From positions 1,674,001 through 1,738,000 of the forward strand of contig JAWMAR010000078.1 in assembly GCA_036785375.1 (NCBI GenBank): a DNA stretch of 64,000 nucleotides, given 5' to 3'. This DNA comes from Leucoraja ocellata (Eukaryota). Below, piece by piece: positions 1-12,500 of the stretch. Numbering within the stretch: the first letter of the stretch is position 1; each line of letters opens with the position of its first letter. The position numbers and the translations under genes are program-made. The notes under the pieces were generated by a model. The model was not told the DNA's origin. It was given only the letters and a program-made list of their open reading frames with translations, and ran no database searches.

Positions 1-670
1 GGCATCTCCATGCTCCTGCATGTCTGATGTATGGAGGACGCAAAAGGGAAAATATGGAGGTAGGAAAACACAAAATAAGTTATTGAGGGCTTTCCATGTG
101 AGTGCTTTCCAGACCTTGATGTCATTCTCCAAGCTCTGGATCCTTGCTCCCAGGTACTTGAAATCCTCCAATTTCTTGAGAGATGCAACGCCACTGGTCT
201 TGAGGGGTCATGGTCACCAACATTGTACGCCATGTACCCCATCTTCTTGGCATTGTGGTGGAGGCCCACTTTGTCATCAGCGATGTCAAGGTCTCACAAG
301 TTGACTGGCCCGATTCTTCTCAAACGCTTTGGGGTGATTGTAAAGCCGAAGTCCTCATATTCCTTGAATGCCTGCCTCATGGCATAATCAAGGACAATGA
401 TGAAGAGAAAGGGTGCCAGCGTGTCTTCCTGTAAGACCCCCGCGAGGATCTCAAACACTTTGCTCTCACCATCCGGGGTGACAACCTTAGCCGTGGTGCC
501 CAAGAACATATTCTCAGTTGCTCTAAGGAGACGAGAAGGGATACCGTAAGCCTTCAAAATCCTCCTCATTTTTCAGACGCCTTCTTGAAGTCTGTGAAGG
601 TTAGGATGGCCGGCAAGTTGTTATTCTTCACCTCCTCAATGATTCTTCGGCAGGCAAGGATCTGCGTGAC
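1..670 (-). mobile_element. RTE/RTEX-clade non-LTR retrotransposon, decayed RT fragment
   Basis: Minus-strand peptides QILACRRIIEEVKNNNLPAILTFTDFKKA and GVLQEDTLAPFLFIIVLDYAMR (RT motifs), with frameshifts or deletions. Confidence 0.8.
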
Positions 671-1303
671 ATGGTTTTAATAAAACTGACCTCAAAGGTA
701 ATAAAAACAAGTTATTTGGTGGTGTATCTTGTATCTCATGTCACATCTTCATTGAATGCTGTGCTGTGATGTGGCTGGTGACACAAGTCTGAGACATATC
801 TGCAGTCAACGTTTAATTGGGAAAGTTGTTGTACTGGTTGTAGTGGACCATAGACCTGATGAAACTTCTGTTTTTAACCACCCATTCATGGGAAAGATTA
901 TGGGAACTAGACAATTCAGTTTCACTAAACTGTGTACTTACAAGGTTATATGATTTCAGTACCTTTTGCTGCTGCAAATAAAACACCAGCATCAACAATC
1001 ACAGGAGCAATCACAGGAGCACAGGGCAATTCTCAGAATAGGAACTGAATTAAGCAGCAACTCAGTACTGAGCTCATATTTTGCTCTATGCCCACTAGTC
1101 TGTAAACAAATGCATGATTCAAATCGTGTTCTGGTCAGCAGCAATGTTCCTCTTGTGGAATACTGGCACAAAACTGTGGGGATGCTCAGTGCAGGCAATG
1201 CAGATTATGATACCTGCCTTGTGGGAGCTTCAGATAAAAACTAAACCATGCCCTTGAACAGGACATTTATCACTAGTGCCTACAAAATCAATTCAAAGCA
1301 TAA

Positions 1304-1997
1304 AGCTCCTATCCCACTTACGTGTTCTTGGCACGCTAATTACGTGACCTCGTGGTGGCGTTGAGGCGTGACGGTCCCGCGAAGGTTGGACGCGACTTCA
1401 TGCGCATCACAGCCATCTGGAGCGCGTGACCTCATTTGAAGATGGACATAAAATGCAGGAGTAACTCAGCGGGTCCGGAAGCATCTCTGGAGAGAAGCAA
1501 TGGGTGATATTTCGGGTCGAGACCTTACTTCTGTCTGAAAGAAGGGTCTTGACCCGAAATGTCATCCATTCCTTCTCTCCAGAGATGCTGCTGGTCCCGC
1601 TGAGTTACTCCTGCATTTTGTGTTTATCTTCAATTTTCTAGGCCCCGCTCTGGGAGTAGAAGTGGGGGTGGATCCGGACCGCAACATCCGTGGGCCACAG
1701 GCCAAGCTCGGCGATCGTTTGCCTGCTTCTGCTGCTGTTGGAGGTGAAACGTTGCATCGCGCTAGGGTCTTGGGCCTATCCCGCTTTGGCCGTCAGTTAC
1801 GCGACAGGCCGGTGGCGTGCAAAGATTTTGTTCACTACATAATTTCGGAGAGCCGCGTGATGTCACGCACAACTACGCACCCCTCTGCGCTTCTCAGTGG
1901 GACCGGCCCCGCGCGGCCACACGATGCCCGTGAGCCTCAACGCGACAACGAGTTTGAGTAATTTGCGTGCCAAGGACACGTAAGTGGGACAGGGCCT
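1304..1997. mobile_element. PIF/Harbinger-like MITE with a nested Penelope-derived hairpin (about 1437-1633)
   Basis: TIRs agctcctatcccacttacgtgttcttggcacgc / gcgtgccaaggacacgtaagtgggacagggcct; flanks taa/tat. Confidence 0.75.
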
Positions 1998-2449
1998 TAT
2001 CATAGTGTTTTCAGTGGAGAGACAAGAGATTGCAGTTACCTCAATCTTGAGCAAAACAAAAACAAAGTCCTGGAGGAACTCTGGGTCAGGCAGATCTGAG
2101 GAGGGAAATAGATGGTCAGGTCAGGTCAGGTCAGGGATCTTCTTCCAACTTTTCAATTATGTTTTCATTGGGAGATGATATCAGGATGCCTCCATTGCCA
2201 ACAAATTAAAACTGTGTCTCACTGGTAAAGGTGACATAGGATTATTTGCCATAGTTAGACATAGTGAAGCATACAATTTATTGGAAAAGAAATATGCAAT
2301 AAATCAAAGCACAAGAAAGATAAGATAGAAAATAGTTTGTACTGTAAACTTCTGCCCAGGTTTTCCCTTATACATTGAACAGTTTTAGAAATATTGGAAA
2401 TTAAACTATTTTAAATAGTATTATAATGTTAAAGCTTAAATGATTATGG

Positions 2450-2686
2450 TGTAGCGGCGCCTGCTGGTGCATGCAGGTATCGAACCCGTCATTCGGAAGC
2501 CGCAGTCACGTTGCAGCCGCAGACTCGGGAGGGGCTTCTGTTTTCGCACGGTTTCGCTTTCGTGCCACAGTTGTGTTGCTGACCATCGTTGTGGTCAGAC
2601 GTGTTTGCAGAGACCTGTATGCCAAAGAGCTATTGTGTTAATAAATCAGTTCAGAAAACTTGGTTATCATTTTTGCATCCGCCAAA
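2450..2686 (+). mobile_element. Solo LTR (Gypsy/ERV-like)
   Basis: Starts TGTAGCGG and ends CCGCCAAA (degenerate CCGCTACA); 4-bp TSD ATGG on both sides; AATAAA at 2640. Confidence 0.7.
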
Positions 2687-2916
2687 ATGGCAGCAATTAA
2701 AAGTTAAATTATTAGCTGCAAAACTCTGAGATATTGTGAAGTTGTTCAAATGATTGTAATAATATAGGTCTTTGTTTATCTTCAATTAAATTATCAGTAA
2801 CTAAAAGCAGTTCCAAAAAACAATTTTACTTTTCCATGCAGTACTGGTCCAATTTCTATGAAAAAATGAAATGAAAAAACTGAAATGTAAAAGGAAATCA
2901 GGAAATTACAGTTCTG

Positions 2917-3220
2917 TTCATAGTTTAAGGATAAGGGGGAAATCTTTTAGGACCGAGATGAGGAAAACATTTTTCACACAGAGAGTGGTGAATCTCTGGA
3001 ATTCTCTGCCGCAGAAGGTAGTTGAGGTCAGTTCATTGGTTATATTTAAGAGGGAGTTAGATGTGGCCTTTGTGGCTAAAGGGATCAGGGGGTATGGAGA
3101 GAAGGCAGGAACAGGATACTGAGTTGGATGATCAGCCATGATCATATTGAATGGCGGTGCAGACTCGAAGGGCCGAATGGCCTACTCCTGCACCTATTTT
3201 CTATGTTTCTATATTTCTAT
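2917..3220 (+). mobile_element. CR1/HER1 LINE 3' end (young subfamily)
   Basis: HSLRIRGKSFRTEMRKTFFTQRVVNLWNSLPQ...GY* plus 3'UTR and (tttctatg)n tail. Confidence 0.9.
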
Positions 3221-3321
3221 GTTCAAAATCTTTCACTTTTTGTATTGGTTTCCTTCATATGTCTGCCATGTAATCACAGAGAATTTTTGACATATTCAGT
3301 GTTCTGCAGTACACAGTTTTA

Positions 3322-3652
3322 CAGCCCTGTCCCACGGTAAGAGTTCATTCCAAGAGCTCTCCCAAGTTTAAAAAAAGATCAAACTCGGGGTTAGCATGGA
3401 GAATGAACGTAGCGGGTACGTTGGAGCTCGGGGACGTCCCTTAGCGGCTCGTAACGCTAACAGCGGGTACTCGGGAAGACTCACTAACGGCAGGTAAGCA
3501 TGGAAAGACTTGTGAAGATTTTTCAACATGTTGAAAAATGTCCACGAGAGCCCCGAGAACCGACGAGTGGTCATTACCATAAATCTCCGTGTTCGAACCA
3601 GGGAGAACTCGGGAGAGCTCTTGGAATGAACTCGTACCGTGGGACACGGCTT
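3322..3652. mobile_element. PIF/Harbinger-like MITE
   Basis: About 40-bp TIRs cagccctgtcccacggtaagagttcattccaagagctctccc and reverse complement; TTA TSD on both sides. Confidence 0.8.
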
Positions 3653-5203
3653 TTAGACTATTTCCAGAGTTTTTATTTCTGTCAAAATGTTTTTTGCAAT
3701 TCATTACCCTGCATAGGTTGTCTCAGCACCCGAGAGGCTTATTTCTGAATAGCAGGTGCTGGGAACCTGGTAGCACAGTGGCGCAGGCATTGTTAGTAGA
3801 CCTAATGCACAAGGGAATTGGATTAATTCCGAACCTTGGGTGCTGTCTGTGAAGTTTGCATGTATTCCCTTTGACCACATGGGTTTGTAGATTGATTGGG
3901 TTCTACAAAAATGCATCTAGTATGTAGGCAAGTGCGTGTGTAAATATGGTAACATTGAACTGGTATGAATGGTTGTTTAGTGGTTGCGCAGTGGTTGCCA
4001 TGGACTTGATGGGCCAAAAGGCCTGTGGCCACATTGTATCATTCAATTCATCGATCAAAACCTGAATATATGTTGGTTCTCTGGAGATTTTTTGCTGACT
4101 GATGCCTCATCAGAGCCCTACAACTGAGACATTCTCATGACAAGATTATTCGTGACTTCATTAGTCAACCACACTGTGGCTGGTTAACATGTCTGCAGAT
4201 GTTGAGAAAATTCTCGGCATCAGTGTGTTGCTGTGGAGTTGGAATATCTGCACACAAGAACATCAAATTACAGATTTTGTGGAACAGTATCCATTCTGAA
4301 ATAAAAATGTATTTGAAGAGGTGAATGTGACTGGAGCAAAGGGGGAAGTTGCCCATTCTAATTACAATAATGGCAATGCAAGTACAGACATTTATATTGG
4401 TGCTAAATGATCCACCACCAAGCATCATTTGTTGCCTGCTCAAACTGCAAAGAAAGTTCAATCTCTGTTTTCCATCAGAGGACACATGTACTGAATGATC
4501 CCTGAATACCCCAGGCACTTGGCAAGTTTTGCTGAGGTGGACCTCTGTACAAGTGTACAGGCAAGCTAATTAACCTAAGCCCTACCAGAATATCTGTCCT
4601 AACACAATCAAGCAGCATAATTAATGTATGACTGGTACAGGACGATTGGGACTTGAAGGATGTGTCAGTGGGGTAATAAGGAAAGGGAAAATAAATTCCC
4701 ATGCTCAGATTCAGGCTGAGACCACAAGGCAACCAATAGTTTTATCCATATGCTGGTGTTTTTAAAGCTACTACTAAAGTTTAGTTTCATTTACAATTGT
4801 CACGTGCACCAAGGTACAGTAAAAAGCTTTTGTTTGTGTGCTATTCAGTCAAAGAAAAGTCTATGCAAGAATATAATCAAGCCATCCACAGTGTACATAT
4901 AAAGGATACAACATTTAGTGCAAAGATATAACATTGAAATGTGATTAAGGATAGTTCAAAGGTCCCTAATGAGGTAGTTAGGAGATCAGGTCTGCACTCT
5001 AGCTGATGAATCCTGGCTATGTAGAGTTTGCAAGTTCTTCCTGTGACTTGGGTCACAGAGGTTTCTTCCCTGTGGTCCAGTTGCCTCCCACATATCAAAG
5101 ACATGCAGGTTGGTTGGTTAATTGGCCACTGCGAATGATCCCTAGTCTGTATGTGAGTGGTAGAATCTGAGAACAGTTGATGATAATAATGATGATGATC
5201 CAA

Positions 5204-5530
5204 TTGGGCAGCATGGTGGCACAACGGTAGAGTTGTTGCCTTTTCGTTCTTACAGCACCTAGAGACCCGGGTTTGATCCTGGCTACAGGTGCTTGTCTGT
5301 ATGGAGTTTGTACATTCTCCCTATAACCTGTGTGGGTTTTCTCCAAGAACTTTGTTGTCCTCCCACACTCCAAATATGTACAGATTTGTAGGTTAATTGG
5401 CTTAGTAAAAATGTAAAAAATTGTCCCTAGTGTAGGATAGTGTTAATGAGCGGGGGAATCATTGGTCGGTGCTGCCTCGGTGGTCCAAAGGGCCTCTTTC
5501 CCCAGTGTCTCTAATCTAAACAAAACTAAA
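5204..5530 (+). mobile_element. tRNA-derived HE1/V-SINE
   Basis: gggcagcatggtggcacaacggtagag (A box), gggtttgatcctgg (B box), V-domain ctgtatggagtttgtacattctcc, CR1-like tail; a partial copy lies just upstream (about 5010-5190). Confidence 0.8.
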
Positions 5531-6102
5531 TTAAACCTCTTTAGGGTATAAAATGACATGTTGAATAAAACACTCTGAACCAAGTACATATGAATATTAT
5601 AACTTAATCTTTATTAACACTCAAGCAAATTAAGCATGCATGCAAACTTTGGACTTTTAATAACCTCATTTGATTTACAATTCCAACATCATTTCTTAAA
5701 GTAGATCACAAAACTCATGACTTGGACAAATAACGCCCATATAAATGAATTGACCAGATTCACTCTGTTGGTAGGAGATAGTCTTCTCTTAGTCCCTTCT
5801 TCGTGGGATGGTTGTTTCAGGGTTGTCGCTCTCAAGAACTTGGACCACCCTTCTTTAAAACTAATTTTTCCTTCAATCTTCTAAAGAAAGACTTTGCGCT
5901 TATGGCTTTCATGATTCTGAAGTCAATCATTTCATGTTGTCACTAAATCAAGGGCTGAATAAACAAAATGCACCTTGGTTCCTTATCAGGCTGGAGAGTT
6001 CTTAATTATTGCCTGTTTATATTTTCATTCTCATTTGTCCCTTTGTAAACCGAACAATCCCAGACAATCCAGTCAACTCAAAGCTACACTACATAGCCAT
6101 GA

Positions 6103-6211
6103 TAGACAAAAATGTTGGAGAAACTCAGCGGGTGAGGCAGCATCTATGGAGCGAAGGAAATAAGAGAGGAGGAGAACTTCTTCAAAGTAGGCATACCTTG
6201 AGGAGATTTCG
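6103..6211 (-). mobile_element. Penelope-like element fragment with 14-bp TSD
   Basis: TSD ctacatagccatga at 6089-6102 and 6212-6225; half hairpin joined to a putative ORF start (minus-strand MPTLKKFSSS). Confidence 0.65.
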
Positions 6212-7571
6212 CTACATAGCCATGAAGTACCTTCAGCTATGCTCTCAAAAGACATCAATCTCATGACTGTTTTCATAGTGTTTCTTTGTTCTCCTGGTCC
6301 CTGCATGTCTCTCTGTCTCTCATGAGCTAGCAGCATACTCCCAAAGCTTGTCGGGATACTTGATATTAAGTTTCTACCTATAATTCAAATGTAGGGAGAA
6401 TGGAAAATCTAGAATTTTCGTAATGGCTGGTTGATGTTCAGTGGTCTGACCAGTCTAACTCCACTCTATGACTCTATGAAGGGCCTGGATTCTGTGCTCA
6501 CATCCCTGAACTGACATTTTGAAATTGCAACCTAATGCTGGTGTTGAGAGAACTCTGCCTGCCTTTGACCAGCCTTTCCTTAATGAGGAAAGAATCAGTC
6601 AATTGAACCAACAGTAACAAAATACATTTTACAAATTAAGCCAAACTGGGTTTTTGTAGCACAAAGGTGCTTTACTGGTTACAGAAACTTATAGTGCTCT
6701 CTTTGCTTTGTACATTAGGGGATGCTGTATAGCACAAACCAAGCCATCAAAGGATGCGGTTGCCCAATTTTGATGGAAATTGTTGGAATTATTGTTTGCC
6801 AAGTTGTCAGTTCTCAAAACATTCCTGATCTGCAACAAATGTTGTGATCAGTAATGGTTTCTAATGAACCAAATTGAACCTTTCATCCCATCAGTCTGCT
6901 CCATTTATGCTTCTTGTTAAGAACACATGATTGACCGTGGAAATGCGATAACAACTTTGCAAAATACCGGGGATCCATATCTTTTCTATCTTCTAAGTCA
7001 GACATGTAATACAAACTTGTTCACTCGAACATTAATAGGAGTAATTTGCAACCTGTTACTGAAGCATAAAATTGGTGGTGCAGGGTGGGCAATCTTTACA
7101 GAAGCTGCTAGATATTCTTTTACATTAAATCATTGGATCTGCAATATCAATTTTACACTAACATAACCTCCATTTGATTTTATCACAAAGCAACACCACT
7201 GAATGAATAAGAGGAAATGTTGTTCAGCTCCTGCAGAAAAATTAACCCCCTGCCAGTTCCCTGCCTTGAAATATGCAGTGATATTTTCCAAAAACTTGGC
7301 ATTAAAGATACCTATTCAGTACTGCAGATGAAAAAGGTCTACCCCATGAATATAACTTCTCTAACTCCACAAGATTTTCAATAAAACCCAGATTTGCAAC
7401 GTAGCTTCCTTAACAGTCCAGAATATACAATATATTTTACCTTATTTAGCCTTATGTTTTAGTTGTATGATTTGGCTGGCTAACTAACTAGAAGATTGCT
7501 GCGAGTGATTAATGGATAGTGTTGTCAGAGAAGATAAAAATCAAAGCATGATTTTTTTTCCATACATTATT

Positions 7572-8914
7572 TAGCAATGTTACAAACTTTTGAGATTTAA
7601 AAAATCAAGTCTGCAATTTATCCCATCAGATAAAGCATAAAAATAAGTTTAATTTGACTCCTAATTCACTTTCATATTCATATTCAGATTCAGATTCAAT
7701 TTTAATTGTCATTGTCAGTGTACAGTACAGAGACAACTGCTATCTCAAGTATTTAAAAAGTTATGACCATTTTCATACTCGGAAATTAGCATCTTGTTCC
7801 CTATTGATTTTCTATGGACATAACAAAAAAGCTGTGATCGTGGACAGTCAAAAGCCTATAATTTTCTTAAAAATTAAGAGAACTGAATGAAATTTTCAGT
7901 TATCTTAGATTGAAGCATTCTGAAACAAATATAAAATAATCTTAGGTACACAAAAAAGCTGGAGAAACTCAGCCGGTGCAGCAGCATCTATATGGAGTGA
8001 AGGAAATAGGCAACGTTTCAGGCCGAAACCCTTCTTCAGAAGAAGGGTTTCGGCCCAAAACGTTGCCTATTTCCTTCGCTCCATAGATGCTGTTGCACCA
8101 GCTGAGTTTCTCCAGCTTTTTTGTGTACCTTCGATTCTCCAGCATCTGCAGTTCCTTCTTAAACACATAAAATAATCTTACTTGGATGACCTGAAATTAA
8201 AGCAGATAATTAGTTAGTTACCTAATTGTAGCTAACTCCAAACTTCAATTACTAGATCTAAACATCTATCCATTTCTTAATAAGTGATTAACATTTTTAA
8301 ATAGCCTAAGTGTCCAAATAATATTCACAAATAATTCACAATAAAACATGATTTTAAAATCGCATTTACATTAATTTATAGGCCAAATGGAAGGAATTTA
8401 GTGTTTAATTGCTGTAAATTAAAGTCAATTTAAATCAGCTTTCTAGTGGGATCCTGTGAACGCGCTGGTTTAGAACGTTCACATTGCGGTAGATTTGTGC
8501 CCTCAAATGCCCAGAAAAATACTGCAGGATATAATGGGGCCCAAATTAGCTACTCGCAACATTAAACTTTGTATAAAGGGATCTTAAGAAGCCCTTGTTA
8601 ATGTAAAAATAAACAGCCTACCTTCTGTTGTCCCCTATATGAGATCCGGCCGGTTGCTGGCGGTCGCGGGTTTAGAGGTTAATTTTTAAACTACTATAAC
8701 AATTAGATAAAGCCCTTAAAAGTAATAATAGCTAAAGCGACGGAATCTTCCAGCGATTTTTCGTTAATAATTAACTAGGCTGAACATCCTCGATTTGAAC
8801 AGCCTAGGGAAAATCGCGTTTTAAACCCGCCCCCCTCTAAACGGCGCCAAAATCGCGCACACCCGCAGCGACAGATTTTCAGCGACGCTTCAGGTACGCT
8901 TTGCAACGTACCTA
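7572..8914. mobile_element. Non-autonomous DNA transposon with imperfect TAG...CTA TIRs and a 7-bp TSD
   Basis: tagcaatgttacaaa / tttgcaacgtaccta (11/15 complementary); cattatt duplicated at 7565-7571 and 8915-8921; CpG-rich right end; nested inserts. Confidence 0.65.
7945..8166. mobile_element. Palindromic Penelope-derived element with 14-bp TSD
   Basis: About 90-bp inverted arms centred on cttcttcagaagaag; TSD ataaaataatctta at 7931-7944 and 8167-8180. Confidence 0.8.
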
Positions 8915-9573
8915 CATTATTCTGTTTGGTACATAAGTATATTCTTCAAATTCATAATGCAGGATAGTGTATGGAATGGAAGATTCCTGTAAAAATGTGC
9001 TGGCCAAGGTCTGCACAAAAGATCACGACATAGATGTCTAACTGAGAAAATAATCCAGTGGGTGGAATGTGTGTAATCTCTGAGGCAGATGGTTGAGAGG
9101 AATAATTCCAATGTGGGATAAAAGTAATTAAACTCTTGTTGATCAGGATAATGTGCTCCACACTTTTGAAGTATTTTACAAAAGTACTTGATTTGGATGT
9201 ATACCTTGGATTGGAATAGGTTAGACCATATGCTAACCCGCAGAGAAGTGAGGTCTACTTATTCCTGTAGATAGCAGTACTTCATGTGAAGCTCCATAAA
9301 CATTGGGCTTTGACAATATTTGTTTGTTAATGAAGCCATGAATGGAATTATGTTCCCAAATCATTTTTTATTTAAGCTCAAAAATTGCGACACCAAAACA
9401 TTTGTGTGGAAAGCATAGAAATGATACAGCCATCAGATTATAAGTGATAGGAGTAGAATTAGGCCACTCAACCAATCAAGTCTACCCCGCCATCAATCAT
9501 GGCTGATCTATCTCCCCCTCCTAATCCCATTCTCCCGCATTCTCCTCATAATCTCTGACACCTATACTAATCA

Positions 9574-12500
9574 AAAATAGTAAGATTAAACGAGAATTTA
9601 CCAGTTCGAAGTTTGATCGTTATTTTATGAGGAGTACGTTGAGGGAATACATGAAGAACCCCGCCAGGACGCACGCGTGTCATTCTTCAAAGCAGCGGTG
9701 TGAAATCACAGATAACTGTAATGACTGAACATAGTAAGATTAGAGAAGAAAATACCAGTTGAGTATATGATCAAGGGTGGGAGCGGAGGGCACGTATTCC
9801 CTCAACGTAGTCCTCATAAAATAACGATCAAACTTCGAACTGGTAAGTTCTCGTTTAATCTTACTATTTTACTTTGGAGTCACGTGAGTGACTACGTGAA
9901 GATTTCAAAGCTCTGTGATTTCATGTCGTGGAAACGAGTCCATGCATCACATCTGCCTTAATTGACTGTGGGAGGAATTGTGTTAACATGTTTAGACATG
10001 AATCCAATATTGAAATCCATGATAAATTGTTAACAACAAATTATAGCCCCCATTTATGGTGTGAAATTATATTACAGAACTTAAAATTGGCTCTGCAAAG
10101 TTTTGGTTTACCTACTGGTTTGTGGTAGAATAGTTGGAACATTTTCCCCTGATCCATCCTGCTGTCTCGAGGATTTGGTTCATTGGTACATCCAACTGCA
10201 TAGCTTCCGATGTAGTTGCAGCCCTGGTGGAATAAGATTTGAATATGTTAGTATCCACCCCAGCTGTTGTTAAAACCTGTTTCAGCCATCTGGAAATAGT
10301 TTGAACCGACACTTTTTTGTGGGTTTATTTGTGGCTGATTAGTAGTGCCATCTCATAGCCTCAGATGTTTTTTGGTGTTCTCCATATAGAACAATAATTG
10401 TCTTATTATACAGAGACGATATCTGTAGGATAATCCCTAAATTATATTTTGAGGCCTGATGATCCCGGTTTGTTCTGTTTGACTAATTCGTAATATGAAA
10501 CGTTATATTCCTGTTGAAGAGGTCATATAGTCCAGCCTTAACTTATGGACGACTGTACCCTTAGTGCCGTGACCAAAGCCATCAGCATGACTGTTTTGTG
10601 CGTCAGTCTTTGCAGGGACAGAGCTGTTGCTGGAGACCAATTCCTTAGCAACGTTAGGGCAATACTCATATCCTATTTAGAGAGTACCTGGTTCTTGGGG
10701 GATTGATATTAAAAATTCCCCTCATAAGGTTGGTTACCAGGGGTGAGTCCCAACAGAATGATGCTCTGATCCTCGCCATAGATATGTTGATAGGGCACTT
10801 CTGGCGCAGTTAATGGCACTGTAACTGAGCCCCTCATCATAATGGAGGCCTGCCAGGAATTCGAGAACAGATGTTATGTTCATCAAACTGTAGGTGATGT
10901 TGTTTCTGTGACAATATATCTCCCATTCCCTGATGTATACCAGATATAGTTTTTGGTGGACTGTCTGTGGCCCGCTGAGATAATGTTCAATGGTCGGTCC
11001 GCCAGTCCCAGTTGCAGTAGAGGTTTCTTTTAGACTCTACAAATTGATAGGTTTGCTGTTTTTGACATGGATGGGTTCCCCTGTTACGGGATGAATCAAT
11101 AATCTGGTTGTTTCAGGATGGTGATGCATGGTTAAAACCCATGTTGAGTATCGCAGGGAACCATGGTTAAGTAGGCCAATCGGCACTACCAATTACCAGA
11201 CGCTGAGTCTTGTTGTATTTTTCGTAATACCCGACTGATGATGCAGAAAAGGAGAGAATGCATAGATCAACAATTGCCCCCTTAATGCAGTGAAATGCAT
11301 CTGTCCCTGCTGTCCCAGGGTCTGGTTCCCAAGAAACACAGTTTGGTAACTGGTGATTAAGTCTTATTTTATTGAATTTGCGTGACCTGATGTCTGTCAC
11401 TGAATTTTGGGTTACCTGGTAGGTAAGTAGCTGATATTCCAATATTTCTCTGGATACACCATTACCAAATTGTATTAGTCAGATTGTCACTCTGTAGTCC
11501 TAACATGCTGGTGATTTATCCCAGAGCAGTATGACTTTAGGCCATAGAACGCACCCCACATTTTCAGGTAGTTTTTGCCCAGTGTCTGTGATGATGATGC
11601 CTCATGTGCCTTTCATCTACCTCCACAGATGGAGATGGAAATTGGTAGTATCCTAACCAAGCGCACTGGCATCAGTTTGTAGCACCACTAAGGGTTTGCT
11701 GATAACGATAGGGTTGGAACAATGCCGAATGTTATCCCTCCACCATTTTTATTCCATAAGCTTTGATTGGTGCCTTATTGGTCTGTCGAAATGACCAGTA
11801 TTAACTTTGAGTGTTTGTATTTTTGCCCTTTGTAGATTTTTTGTAATACAAAGGTCCAAATTGTGTGGCTGGAAAGGCAGACACTATATGCCAATTATAC
11901 TTGCTACCAATCTGATAGACGGTTCACTGATGTCAGTGGGGTTGTTGCAGGCCTCAGTTAAGACTGTAGCCTTGTCCTTTGGTAAAGTCACCGACATGTG
12001 AGCTGTCAATAGTGAACCCCAAATAATCCATTATGTTGGTAGGCGTTAGTTTAGATTTAACTGGATAGATGATAACCCCAGTTTTCACCCACTTGTATGG
12101 TGACTGTTACAGCTAGTTAGGCCAACTCCAAAGTTATGCCCACAATTAGTATGATCATATGATTATGTATTTTGTAGAGCTCTATACTGCCAGAGCTGCC
12201 CCATCCAGTTGAATTTTTTTAAATAACGTTTGTGATCAATCCATGTAGGCACTGAATAGTAAGCATCTTTTAGGTCGATTCTAGCCATGGAGTAGCCTTT
12301 GAAAATCAGTCCTTTAGCAGTTACCAGTTCCCATTTTGTACTGAATATATAGTACAATGTATTCAATTTGGTCAATTCGATGATGATGCGACTGTCACCA
12401 TCCATTTTGTTTTTGGTAGATATAAGACACAAATTCCAGCCAATCGTGTTGGGTTTACCCATTACCCCTTTTGCACAATTCAATGGTATATCCCTGGATA

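Noticed and set aside
11167-11442. Bacterial-type DNA adenine methyltransferase suggesting horizontal transfer
   Set aside because: The Dam-like domain is an established part of DIRS elements and is decayed here.
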